This document shows, in pieces, positions 56,552-64,000 of a DNA stretch of 64,000 bases. The stretch comes from Myxococcota bacterium. GTDB lineage: Bacteria > Myxococcota_A > UBA9160 > SZUA-336. The stretch lies in assembly GCA_965226855.1 (NCBI GenBank), contig CBDDEE010000024.1, positions 8,971 through 72,970 on the forward strand, written 5' to 3'. The position numbers and the translations under genes are program-made. The number at the start of each line of letters is the position of its first letter. Within the stretch, counting starts at the first letter, position 1. The notes beneath the pieces are model-generated. The model ran no database searches, was not told where the DNA came from, and saw only the letters and a program-made list of their open reading frames with translations.

Positions 56552-57826
56552 GTGCCTCCCCGCCTGACGACCCGGACGATCGAGCTGCGTCGCGTGGTGG
56601 TCACGGGGATGGGAACCGTGAACCCGCTCGGCAACGATGTGGCAACGACCTGGAACGCGTTGCTCAAGGGGAGCTCGGGCATCGCGCGGGTCGAGGGCTT
56701 CTCGACAGACGACTGCAGCGCGAAGATCGCGGGCCAGCTCAAGGGCTTCGACCCGCTCACAGTGATGGACAAGAAAGAGGTGCGACGCCTCGACCCCTAC
56801 CTGCAGTTCTCGATGGCGGCGGCGGTCGAGGCGATTCGGGACTCGGGCTTCGAGGTGACTGAGGACGAGGCCGACAGGACGGGTGTTCTCGTCGGTTCCG
56901 GCATCGCGGGACTGATGACCATGCTGGACAACTGCGAGACGCTGCTCACTCGCGGACCGATGAAGATCTCACCCTTCTTCGTTCCCAGTGCGATCGCGAA
57001 CATGGCCTCGGGCCTGATCTCCATACGCTACGGGGCGCGCGGACCCAACTCCTGCGTCGTCACGGCATGCACGACGGGCACCCATGCCATCGGGGACGCC
57101 GCGCGCATCATCCAGCGCGGCGAAGCGGACGTGATGATCGCGGGCGGTGGCGAGGCGCCCGTGAACCGGCTCGGGCTCGGCGGCTTCGGCACGATGCGGG
57201 CGCTGTCGACGCGCAACGACGATCCGGAGCGTGCCAGTCGGCCCTTCGACCTGGGTCGGGACGGCTTCGTCTGTGCCGAAGGCGCCGGAGTGGTAGTGCT
57301 CGAGAGCCTGGAGCACGCGCTGCGGCGTGGGGCTCGGATCCACGCCGAGATCGTGGGCTACGGGATGTCCGCAGATGCCCACCACATGACCGCCCCGCCC
57401 GAGAACGGCGTGGGCGCACAGCTCGCGATGCGCAAGGCGCTCGCGGATGGGGACCTCGCTCCTGGGGACGTCGACTACATCAACGCTCACGGGACCAGCA
57501 CCCAGTACAACGACAAGATCGAGACCTACGCGATCCGCCAGGTCTTCGGAGAGCATGCAGACGAGCTCGCGGTCTCGTCGACCAAGTCGATGACCGGCCA
57601 CGCGCTCGGAGGCGCCGGCGGCATGGAGGCCATCTTCACGATCCTGACGGTTCGAGAAGGTAAGATCGCCCCGACCATCAACTACACCGACCCGGATCCG
57701 GACTGCGATCTCGACTACGTGCCGAACGTGATGCGCGAGATCCCAGTACGGGTGGCGCTGTCGAACTCCTTCGGGTTCGGCGGCACGAACGGAGCGCTGG
57801 CGATCGCTCGCTACGATGAGGAGTAG
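56552..57826 (+). CDS. fabF: 3-oxoacyl-ACP synthase II
   Basis: [15 protein letters not shown]...ACTTG...NAHGTST...NSFGFGGTN. Confidence 0.9.
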   Translation: MPPRLTTRTIELRRVVVTGMGTVNPLGNDVATTWNALLKGSSGIARVEGFSTDDCSAKIAGQLKGFDPLTVMDKKEVRRLDPYLQFSMAAAVEAIRDSGFEVTEDEADRTGVLVGSGIAGLMTMLDNCETLLTRGPMKISPFFVPSAIANMASGLISIRYGARGPNSCVVTACTTGTHAIGDAARIIQRGEADVMIAGGGEAPVNRLGLGGFGTMRALSTRNDDPERASRPFDLGRDGFVCAEGAGVVVLESLEHALRRGARIHAEIVGYGMSADAHHMTAPPENGVGAQLAMRKALADGDLAPGDVDYINAHGTSTQYNDKIETYAIRQVFGEHADELAVSSTKSMTGHALGGAGGMEAIFTILTVREGKIAPTINYTDPDPDCDLDYVPNVMREIPVRVALSNSFGFGGTNGALAIARYDEE

Positions 57827-57859
57827 TGCTACGTTATCGGGCACTCGGGGGGTGACGGG

Positions 57860-59104
57860 GTGAGCCTGCGAGACGCGGATCCGGAGATCGCGGCGGCGAT
57901 CGAGGGTGAGATCGAGCGGCAGCAGTCGAGCATCGAGCTGATCGCGAGCGAGAACTTCACCTCGCCGGCGGTGCTCGCGGCGATGGGAACGCCGCTCACG
58001 AACAAGTACGCCGAGGGCTACCCCGGCAAGCGCTATTACGGCGGCTGCGAGTTCGTCGACGTCGCGGAGAATCTTGCGATCGAGCGAGCCAAGCGGCTGT
58101 TCGGCTCGGACCACGCGAACGTGCAGCCGCACTCAGGCTCGGCAGCGAACATGGCCGCTTACTTCGCGCTGCTAAAGCCCGGCGACACGATCCTCGGCAT
58201 GGAGCTCAGCCACGGCGGCCACTTGACACACGGCTCGCCCGTGAACTTCTCGGGCCAGCTGTTCGAGTTCATGCGCTACGGCGTGGCGGAGGGTGACCAG
58301 CGCATCGATTACGACCAGGTACGCGACCTGGCGCGGCGGCACCGCCCCAAGATGATCCAGTGCGGCTACAGCGCCTACTCACGGACCATCGACTTCGAGG
58401 CTTTCGGTGAGATCGCGCGAGACGTGGGCGCCGTACTGTTCGCCGACATCGCGCACATCGCTGGACTGGTCGCGGCTGGCGTGCACCCCTCGCCCACCGG
58501 GCAGGCCGGTGTGGTAACCACGACCACGCACAAGACCCTGCGCGGACCCAGGGGGGGCCTGATCCTGTGCGACGCAGAGCACGCCGACGCGATCGACCGG
58601 GCAGTGTTCCCGCTGACTCAGGGCGGCCCGCTCGAGCACGTGATCGCAGCCAAGGCAGTGGCCCTGGAGGAGGCGAGCCAGCCCGACTTCAAGGCCTACG
58701 CCGAGCAGATCGTCGGCAACGCCCGAGCCCTGGCGGGGCGCATGCTCGAGCGCGGCTTCCGGGTCGTCTCCGGCGGGACCGACAACCACCTGTTCGTTCT
58801 CGACTTTCGCGACCGGGATCTGTCGGGGCTCAAAGCCCAGAGACGTCTCGACCGGGCCGGGATTACCGCGTCCAAGAGCACCGTTCCCGGCGAGGAGCGT
58901 TCTCCGTGGGTCACGAGCGGGCTGCGCGTGGGGACCCCCGCCATCACCACCCGTAATATGGGTGTGGCGGAGATGCTGCAGATCGCCGACTGGATGGCGG
59001 ACGTCCTCGAGAGCCCCGACGACGAGCAACTCCAGGTGCGCGTCAAGGCCTCGGTCGCGGAGGTCTGCGAGCGCTTTCCCCTCCCGTACACCCCGCCCGA
59101 ATAG
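57860..59104 (+). CDS. glyA: serine hydroxymethyltransferase
   Basis: [15 protein letters not shown]...[16 protein letters not shown]...[14 protein letters not shown]. Confidence 0.95.
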   Translation: MSLRDADPEIAAAIEGEIERQQSSIELIASENFTSPAVLAAMGTPLTNKYAEGYPGKRYYGGCEFVDVAENLAIERAKRLFGSDHANVQPHSGSAANMAAYFALLKPGDTILGMELSHGGHLTHGSPVNFSGQLFEFMRYGVAEGDQRIDYDQVRDLARRHRPKMIQCGYSAYSRTIDFEAFGEIARDVGAVLFADIAHIAGLVAAGVHPSPTGQAGVVTTTTHKTLRGPRGGLILCDAEHADAIDRAVFPLTQGGPLEHVIAAKAVALEEASQPDFKAYAEQIVGNARALAGRMLERGFRVVSGGTDNHLFVLDFRDRDLSGLKAQRRLDRAGITASKSTVPGEERSPWVTSGLRVGTPAITTRNMGVAEMLQIADWMADVLESPDDEQLQVRVKASVAEVCERFPLPYTPPE

Positions 59105-59118
59105 AGGAGCCGAGGGAC

Positions 59119-59580
59119 TTGCGTTGCCCGTTCTGTGATCACCCCGACACCAAGGTGATCGACGCCCGGAATCAGCGCGACGCCCCGGTCAAGCGGCGCC
59201 GCCGCGAGTGCTCGGAGTGCGGTAGGCGCTTTACGACGTACGAGCGCATCGAGGATCTACTACCTCTCGTCGCCAAGCGCGACGGCCGCAGGGAGGCTTT
59301 TGATCGGCTGAAGATCGTCCAGGGTCTGCAGAGGGCCTGCGAGAAACGACCGGTCAGTGCGAATGCGGTCCAGGAGGCGGTCCAGCGCATCGAGCGTGTG
59401 ATCCTGGACCTCGGCGAGCGCGAGGTGCCGACCACGCGCATCGGGGACGAGGCGCAGCTCGAGCTGCGCGCGCTGGATCCGGTCGCCTGGCTGCGCTTCA
59501 CCTCCGTCTACCTCGGCTTTCGCACGATCGAGGAGTTCCGGGACGCGCTCGACGACATCGACCCCGCGCAAAGTGGGTAG
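59119..59580 (+). CDS. nrdR: transcriptional repressor NrdR
   Basis: MRCPFCDHPDTKVIDAR...CSECGRRFTTYE zinc ribbon plus an ATP-cone. TTG start. Confidence 0.9.
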   Translation: MRCPFCDHPDTKVIDARNQRDAPVKRRRRECSECGRRFTTYERIEDLLPLVAKRDGRREAFDRLKIVQGLQRACEKRPVSANAVQEAVQRIERVILDLGEREVPTTRIGDEAQLELRALDPVAWLRFTSVYLGFRTIEEFRDALDDIDPAQSG

Positions 59581-60685
59581 GACGGGGTCGACGCGCGAAG
59601 CAGACCGGGTCTTCATGCGTGAGGCGCTACGGCTGGCTGCACGCGCCAGCGGGAGGACGGCTCCGAATCCGCTCGTGGGCAGCGTGGTCGCCCGGGGCGG
59701 ACGGCGCATCGCGCGCGGCTACCACACCCGCGCCGGTCATCCGCATGCCGAGGCCGTGGCGCTTGCGCGAGCCGGGGGGGCCGCGCGGGGAGCCACGCTC
59801 TATGTGACGCTGGAGCCCTGTGCGCACACCGGTAGTACACCTCCTTGTGTCGATGCGGTGCTGGCGTCGGGCGTCCGCAGGGTGGTCGTCGGCATGAGAG
59901 ATCCGGATCCGCGAACCTCGGGCAAGAGCATCCGCAAGCTGCGCCGGGCCGGCTTAACGGTCGAGGTGGGCGCGCTTGCGGAGGAGTGCAGGCGTCTAAA
60001 CGCCGGCTTCGTGTCGCGCATCGAGCGGGGGCGCCCCTTCACCACGCTGAAGCTCGCGGCCAGTTTCGACGGGCGGATCGCGACGGCGCGCGGCGAGTCG
60101 CGCTGGATCAGCGGACCCCGCTCCCGCGCGTTCGTCCAGCAGCTGCGCGGAAGGGTGGACGCCATCGCGGTCGGCTCCGGGACCGTGGTCGCCGATGACC
60201 CCTCGCTCACCCAGCGGAGCGGCGCGCGGGTCCTGCACCGCCCGACCCGGATCGTCGTCGACTCGAGGCTGCGCACTCCCGCCAACGCGCGCCTCATCGA
60301 TCCCGAGCACCCGGGGAGCGCCTGGATCCTCACCGCGAGCGACGCCGCCCCGCGGAAGCGCCGGCAGCTCGAACGGGCGGGTGCGAGGCTCGTCAACGTG
60401 CGCGCCCGGGGGCGGTCACTCGACCTGCGCGACGCCTGGCGCAAGCTCGGACGCCTCGGCGTGAACGACCTGCTGGTCGAGGGGGGAGGCGGGCTCGCTG
60501 CCGCGTTGCTGCGCGCTGGCCTCGTCGACCGGATGCATCTCTTTCTCGCTCCGCTCTTCATCGGCTCCGACGGAAAGCCACTGATCGGTGAGCTCGGAGT
60601 GGAGCGCTTGAAACAAGCGCTCCACCCGCGCACAGTTGCTAGCCGTAAGCTTGGAGACGACCTTCTCGTGACGGCAGAGTGGTAA
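59573..60685 (+). CDS. ribD: bifunctional riboflavin biosynthesis deaminase/reductase RibD
   Basis: PNPLVGSVV...HAEAVAL...LEPCAHTGSTPPC, then a reductase domain. Confidence 0.9.
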   Translation: MGRTGSTREADRVFMREALRLAARASGRTAPNPLVGSVVARGGRRIARGYHTRAGHPHAEAVALARAGGAARGATLYVTLEPCAHTGSTPPCVDAVLASGVRRVVVGMRDPDPRTSGKSIRKLRRAGLTVEVGALAEECRRLNAGFVSRIERGRPFTTLKLAASFDGRIATARGESRWISGPRSRAFVQQLRGRVDAIAVGSGTVVADDPSLTQRSGARVLHRPTRIVVDSRLRTPANARLIDPEHPGSAWILTASDAAPRKRRQLERAGARLVNVRARGRSLDLRDAWRKLGRLGVNDLLVEGGGGLAAALLRAGLVDRMHLFLAPLFIGSDGKPLIGELGVERLKQALHPRTVASRKLGDDLLVTAEW

Positions 60686-60689
60686 GGCG

Positions 60690-61166
60690 ATGCGAACCAT
60701 CGAGACGAAGCTTGCCGGTGAGGGCATGCGCATCGGCGTGGTCGTCGCCCGCTTCAATCACATGATCACGCGTCGCCTGCTCGAGGGCTGCGAGCTACGC
60801 CTGCGCGAGCTCGGCTGTGAGGAGACGGAGGTGATGTGGGTGCCCGGGGCTTTCGAGGTGCCGCTCGGCGCACAGCAGGCTGCCCGGAGTGGACGCTACG
60901 ATGCGCTCATCGCTATCGCCGTGATCGTGCGGGGCGATACCCCGCACTTCGATTACGTCTGCCGGGGAATCACGGACGGCGTTCGACAGGTCGGCATGGA
61001 GCACGCCATCCCGGTGGCGTTCTGTGTGCTCACCACCGAGACGGTGCAGCAGGCGCTGGCGCGGGCGGCCGCACCCGGCGAGCATGGCGTGAACAAGGGC
61101 GTCGAGGCGGCCGAGGTCGCGGTCGAGATGACGAGCTTGCTGAGAGCCCTGGAGAAAGGAGCTTGA
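60690..61166 (+). CDS. ribH: 6,7-dimethyl-8-ribityllumazine synthase
   Basis: RIGVVVARFNHMIT...VPGAFEVP...GDTPHFDYV. Confidence 0.9.
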   Translation: MRTIETKLAGEGMRIGVVVARFNHMITRRLLEGCELRLRELGCEETEVMWVPGAFEVPLGAQQAARSGRYDALIAIAVIVRGDTPHFDYVCRGITDGVRQVGMEHAIPVAFCVLTTETVQQALARAAAPGEHGVNKGVEAAEVAVEMTSLLRALEKGA

Positions 61167-61168
61167 CC

Positions 61169-61603
61169 GTGGGAAGTCACGGCCCGCGCAGGATGGCACG
61201 CGAGACGGCACTCCAGGTGCTGTTTGCCGCTGACCTGTCCGGCGAGGTGAACCTGGCGAGCGTCGAGACCTGCTTCGAGGAGGTCGCGCGAGAGTTCTCG
61301 TTGCCCGGCCGGGCACGGCAATGGGCCCAGGAGCTCGCGCGAGGCGTGGCCGAGCATCTGAAGCAGATCGACGAGAACATCGGCCGCGCCAGCACGAACT
61401 GGCAGGTCCACCGCATCGCCAACGTGGACCGCAACATCCTCCGGGTCGCCACATACGAGCTGCTACGAGACGAGACGCCGACCGAAGTGATTATCGACGA
61501 GGCGGTCGAGATCGCGAGGCGCTTTGCCAGCGAGACGTCACCGGCGTTCGTGAACGGCGTGCTCGACGTGCTCGGGCGCGAGCGCGCAGCGGCCCGGCTC
61601 TGA
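61169..61603 (+). CDS. nusB: transcription antitermination factor NusB
   Basis: RRMARETALQVLFAADL...NILRVATYELL...FVNGVLD. GTG 61169 lies 7 nt after GGAGAAAGGAG (alternative start ATG 61193). Confidence 0.85.
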   Translation: MGSHGPRRMARETALQVLFAADLSGEVNLASVETCFEEVAREFSLPGRARQWAQELARGVAEHLKQIDENIGRASTNWQVHRIANVDRNILRVATYELLRDETPTEVIIDEAVEIARRFASETSPAFVNGVLDVLGRERAAARL

Positions 61604-61752
61604 GCAGACCTGTCTTCTCCGGCGCGCGACGTCATACGACAGCTCTCCACAGAAGCGGCAGCCAGTGAACCCGACCGCTGTCGTCGCGTAAAGGGGCCCC
61701 CTGTATGGACCGATAACTCCGGTGCTTCGCTCCGACGCGAGCAGGAGGCGCG

Positions 61753-62771
61753 ATGATCGCCCTGTGCCCGAAGTGCAAGACCCGCTATCGACTCGCCCCT
61801 GAGAAGGTGGGTCCGCAGGGTGTGCGCATCCGCTGCTCCAAGTGCAAGACCGTGTTCCGCGTGCAGGCGCCGAAGCGTGCTGAGCCCGCAGCCGGCCAGC
61901 AAGCGCAGCCTAGCCCGCAGCCCGCGCCGAGCGCCCCCGCAGACAGGTACGTCGCACATGCGCTCGTGGCCGAGGCCGATGCCGAGGTGGCGAAGCGAAT
62001 CGCGAGCACTCTGCGCCGTTGGAAGGTCCAGGCCGAGGTAGTCGCCGACGGGGGGCAGGCGCTGCTGCGGCTGTTCCGCAAGACTCCCGACCTCGCTATT
62101 CTCGGCGGGCACCTGCCCGGCGTGAGCGCCCCGGTCATTGCCGAGATCGCCCGGCGCGCAGAGAATCTGCGGGTCATCCCGCTGATCCGCATTGCTCCGA
62201 TGGACGAGCCCGCGGGCGCGCCGGAGTTCGAGGCGAACGAGGTGCTCGAGCCCGGGGAGGTCGGGGAGCGCCTTGGTGCGGTGCTGCGCCGTCTCGCCAT
62301 CGGCCAGTCTCCGTCCCCGAGGCAGATACCGACAAGCTGCCCGTGGAGCTCCCGCAGCAACCTGCAGTCGCCGAGTCCGCAGCCGCGCCGCCCCTGCCGC
62401 CGCCGACCCCCTTGCCGACGCCGGAGACCGCCGCACCCGATCCCGGGCCCCCCAGACCTGCGGACGCCGAGCCGGACCTGCCGCAGCCCGCTGCGCGCAA
62501 GCCGCGAAAGCAGGCAAACGCCTCCGCCTCCGACGACCCGGCGATCGTTTCCGCAGAGCGCCTCGCCCGCATCGCGGTGTCCGACATCATCCTCTACAAC
62601 GAGGAGAAGTTCGCAAAGGGCGTGAGCGAGGGAAACGTGGCAGCCAGTCTCGAGCCCGAGCTCGCGGAGGCGCGCCATCTCTTCGAGCAGCGCATTCCGG
62701 AGGAGATCCGCAACCTGCGCGACTTCCTGGTCGAAGAGCTCGAACGCCGCGTCGCCGCCAGGTCCGCCTGA
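61753..62771 (+). CDS. MJ0042-type zinc-ribbon protein with a receiver-like domain, Pro-rich linker and conserved helical C-terminus; apparent 1-nt frameshift at C-run 62315-62318
   Basis: MIALCPKCKTRYRLAPEKVGPQGVRIRCSKCKTVFRV. The receiver-like part is ALVAEADAEVAKRIASTLRRW...DLAILGGHLPGVS. The C-terminus is in the other frame: ...AERLARIAVSDIILYNEEKFAKGVSEGN...IRNLRDFLVEELERRV. Confidence 0.65.
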
Positions 62772-63004
62772 CTTGCGGGTCCCGGCGCGCGAGCGGTCGC
62801 GCGCCACCCGCTCTCCGTTTGCCTAAGGCTCACCGCGCGGAAGTCGGAACTTGGGGACGGTCCTTAATCGGAACTTCTTGGTCCGCTCGAGGAGTTAGTT
62901 CCGATTGAGGACCGTCCCCAAGTTCCGTGCCCTTTGGGACTTGCAGGCAACATGCGAGCGCCGCGAACCCGGCGCGCGACCGCTCGCGCGCCGGGTCCCG
63001 CAAG
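62772..63004. repeat. intact nested palindromic intergenic element (233 bp), reference copy of the repeat family
   Basis: Outer 34-bp inverted repeats CTTGCGGGTCCCGGCGCGCGAGCGGTCGCGCGCC (62772-62805) and its complement (62971-63004) have 1 mismatch. Each contains its own 9-bp hairpin. Inner 31-bp arms 62845-62875 / 62897-62927 have 1 mismatch and a 21-nt spacer. Confidence 0.85.
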
Positions 63005-63034
63005 ACCAGACCCACAAGACTATACTCCCGCCCC

Positions 63035-64000
63035 GTGGGCATCCTGATCATCGGGGGCGGGGACATCGGGGCTACGCTCGCGCGGCGCCTGTCGTCCGAG
63101 CGCAAGGACGTCGTCATCATCGAGAGCGACGTGGAGCGCGTGCCGCAGCTGCGTGACGTCGCAGACGTCCAGGTCGTGCATGGAAACGGCTCTAACCCCT
63201 CGGTGCTGCGCTCGGCCGGTCTGGAAGACGCCGAGATGATCATCGCTGTGACGAACTCCGACGAGATCAACATTGTCTCGTGCATGGTCGCGTCGCACGA
63301 GACCGTGATTCCGACGAAAATCGCCCGGGTGCGCGATCCGGACCTGGCGCAGGCGGTGCCCGCTATCTTCGGCGACGACCCGCTGGACCTGAACATCAAT
63401 CCCGAGGAAGAAGCCGCACAGATCGTTCTGAAGACACTGCGTGTCCCGGGGGCGGTCCGCGTGTTCGAGTTTGTCGAGGGGCGCGTTCAGGTGGTCGCCT
63501 TTGCCCTGGACGCGGAGAGCGAGGTCGTGGACACCCCGCTCTACGACGTCAAGACGCGCCTCGGGATCGACTGCAACGTCGTGGCGATCCTGCGCGACGG
63601 CCAGATGCTCATTCCGGAGGGGAAGACGCGGATCTGCCTGGGCGATCAGCTGTACGCCGCCGGCAGCCCAGCGGCACTCGGTAAGCTCGCGGAGCTTCTT
63701 GGCAAGCCCGACGTCGACGTGCGCCGCATCGTGATCAGCGGCGGCGGAAACATCAGCTACTACCTCGCGCGGATGCTCGAAGCCGAAGACATCGTGCCGA
63801 AGATCATCGAGTCGGACCCGCAGCGGTGCAAGTATCTCGCGGAGAGACTCGAGCGCAGCGTCATCCTGCAGGGCTCAGGCACGGATCCGGAGCTGCTGCG
63901 CGAGGAGAGCATCGAGACGACGGACGCCTTCCTCGCGCTGACCCGCGACGAGGAGGACAACATCCTCGCCTCCCTGCTCGCGAAGCGCTCGGGAGCGGGC
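63035..64000 (+). CDS. trkA: Trk system potassium uptake protein TrkA (3' end beyond the window)
   Basis: Own translation from GTG 63035: GILIIGGGDIGATLARRLSSERKDVVIIESD...second RCK-N repeat RRIVISGGGNISYYLARMLE... The frame is open to the window edge, so it is not in the ORF track. Confidence 0.85.
   Translation, partial: MGILIIGGGDIGATLARRLSSERKDVVIIESDVERVPQLRDVADVQVVHGNGSNPSVLRSAGLEDAEMIIAVTNSDEINIVSCMVASHETVIPTKIARVRDPDLAQAVPAIFGDDPLDLNINPEEEAAQIVLKTLRVPGAVRVFEFVEGRVQVVAFALDAESEVVDTPLYDVKTRLGIDCNVVAILRDGQMLIPEGKTRICLGDQLYAAGSPAALGKLAELLGKPDVDVRRIVISGGGNISYYLARMLEAEDIVPKIIESDPQRCKYLAERLERSVILQGSGTDPELLREESIETTDAFLALTRDEEDNILASLLAKRSGAG

Noticed and set aside
59573-59620. FMN riboswitch upstream of ribD.
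   Set aside because: ribD overlaps the nrdR stop by 8 nt, so there is no leader region.

Overview
This is a very GC-rich bacterial chromosomal segment. Codon third positions are almost all G/C, so the ORF track is full of long antisense shadow ORFs. I can support about 60 protein-coding genes, two tRNAs (Glu-CUC and Gln-CUG), one IS5-family insertion sequence, a family of nested palindromic intergenic repeats, one Fur-box-like operator and a few hairpins. No rRNA or CRISPR array is present.

Gene content is mostly housekeeping and central metabolism:
- glyQS, rsmE, korAB, pncB-pncA, gltX
- yceD-rpmF-fabD-fabG-acpP-fabF
- glyA-nrdR-ribD-ribH-nusB, trkA
- many oxidoreductases and hydrolases: SDR, luciferase-like, Zn-ADH, amidohydrolase, amidase, crotonase, PhyH
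- an osmoprotectant-type ABC transporter and a cytochrome c-FTR1 iron permease

Several gene pairs are translationally coupled through ATGA/GTGA overlaps.

Most interesting observations:
1. A 72-codon SelW/Rdx-like selenoprotein gene (12516-12734, minus strand) has an in-frame UGA in a CxxU motif and a SECIS-like hairpin. Ordinary ORF calling misses it.
2. An uncharacterised three-gene cassette (large double zinc-ribbon protein, small helical protein, SPFH/Band-7 protein with three C-terminal zinc ribbons) lies at 18.3-21.6 kb, upstream of pncB-pncA.
3. A nested palindromic repeat family occurs in at least five intergenic places. One copy is split by the IS5-family element at a duplicated CTAG.
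4. A decayed copy of the 3' half of tRNA-Glu lies 1.25 kb downstream of the intact tRNA-Glu. The two copies bracket a lower-GC islet with two orphan ORFs.
5. Six conserved genes are broken by single-nucleotide indels, five of them inside homopolymer runs. One further gene carries an in-frame TGA. Sequencing or assembly error is the most economical explanation, and it must be resolved before any pseudogene or recoding claim.

All calls rest on my own reading and translation; no database search was possible.
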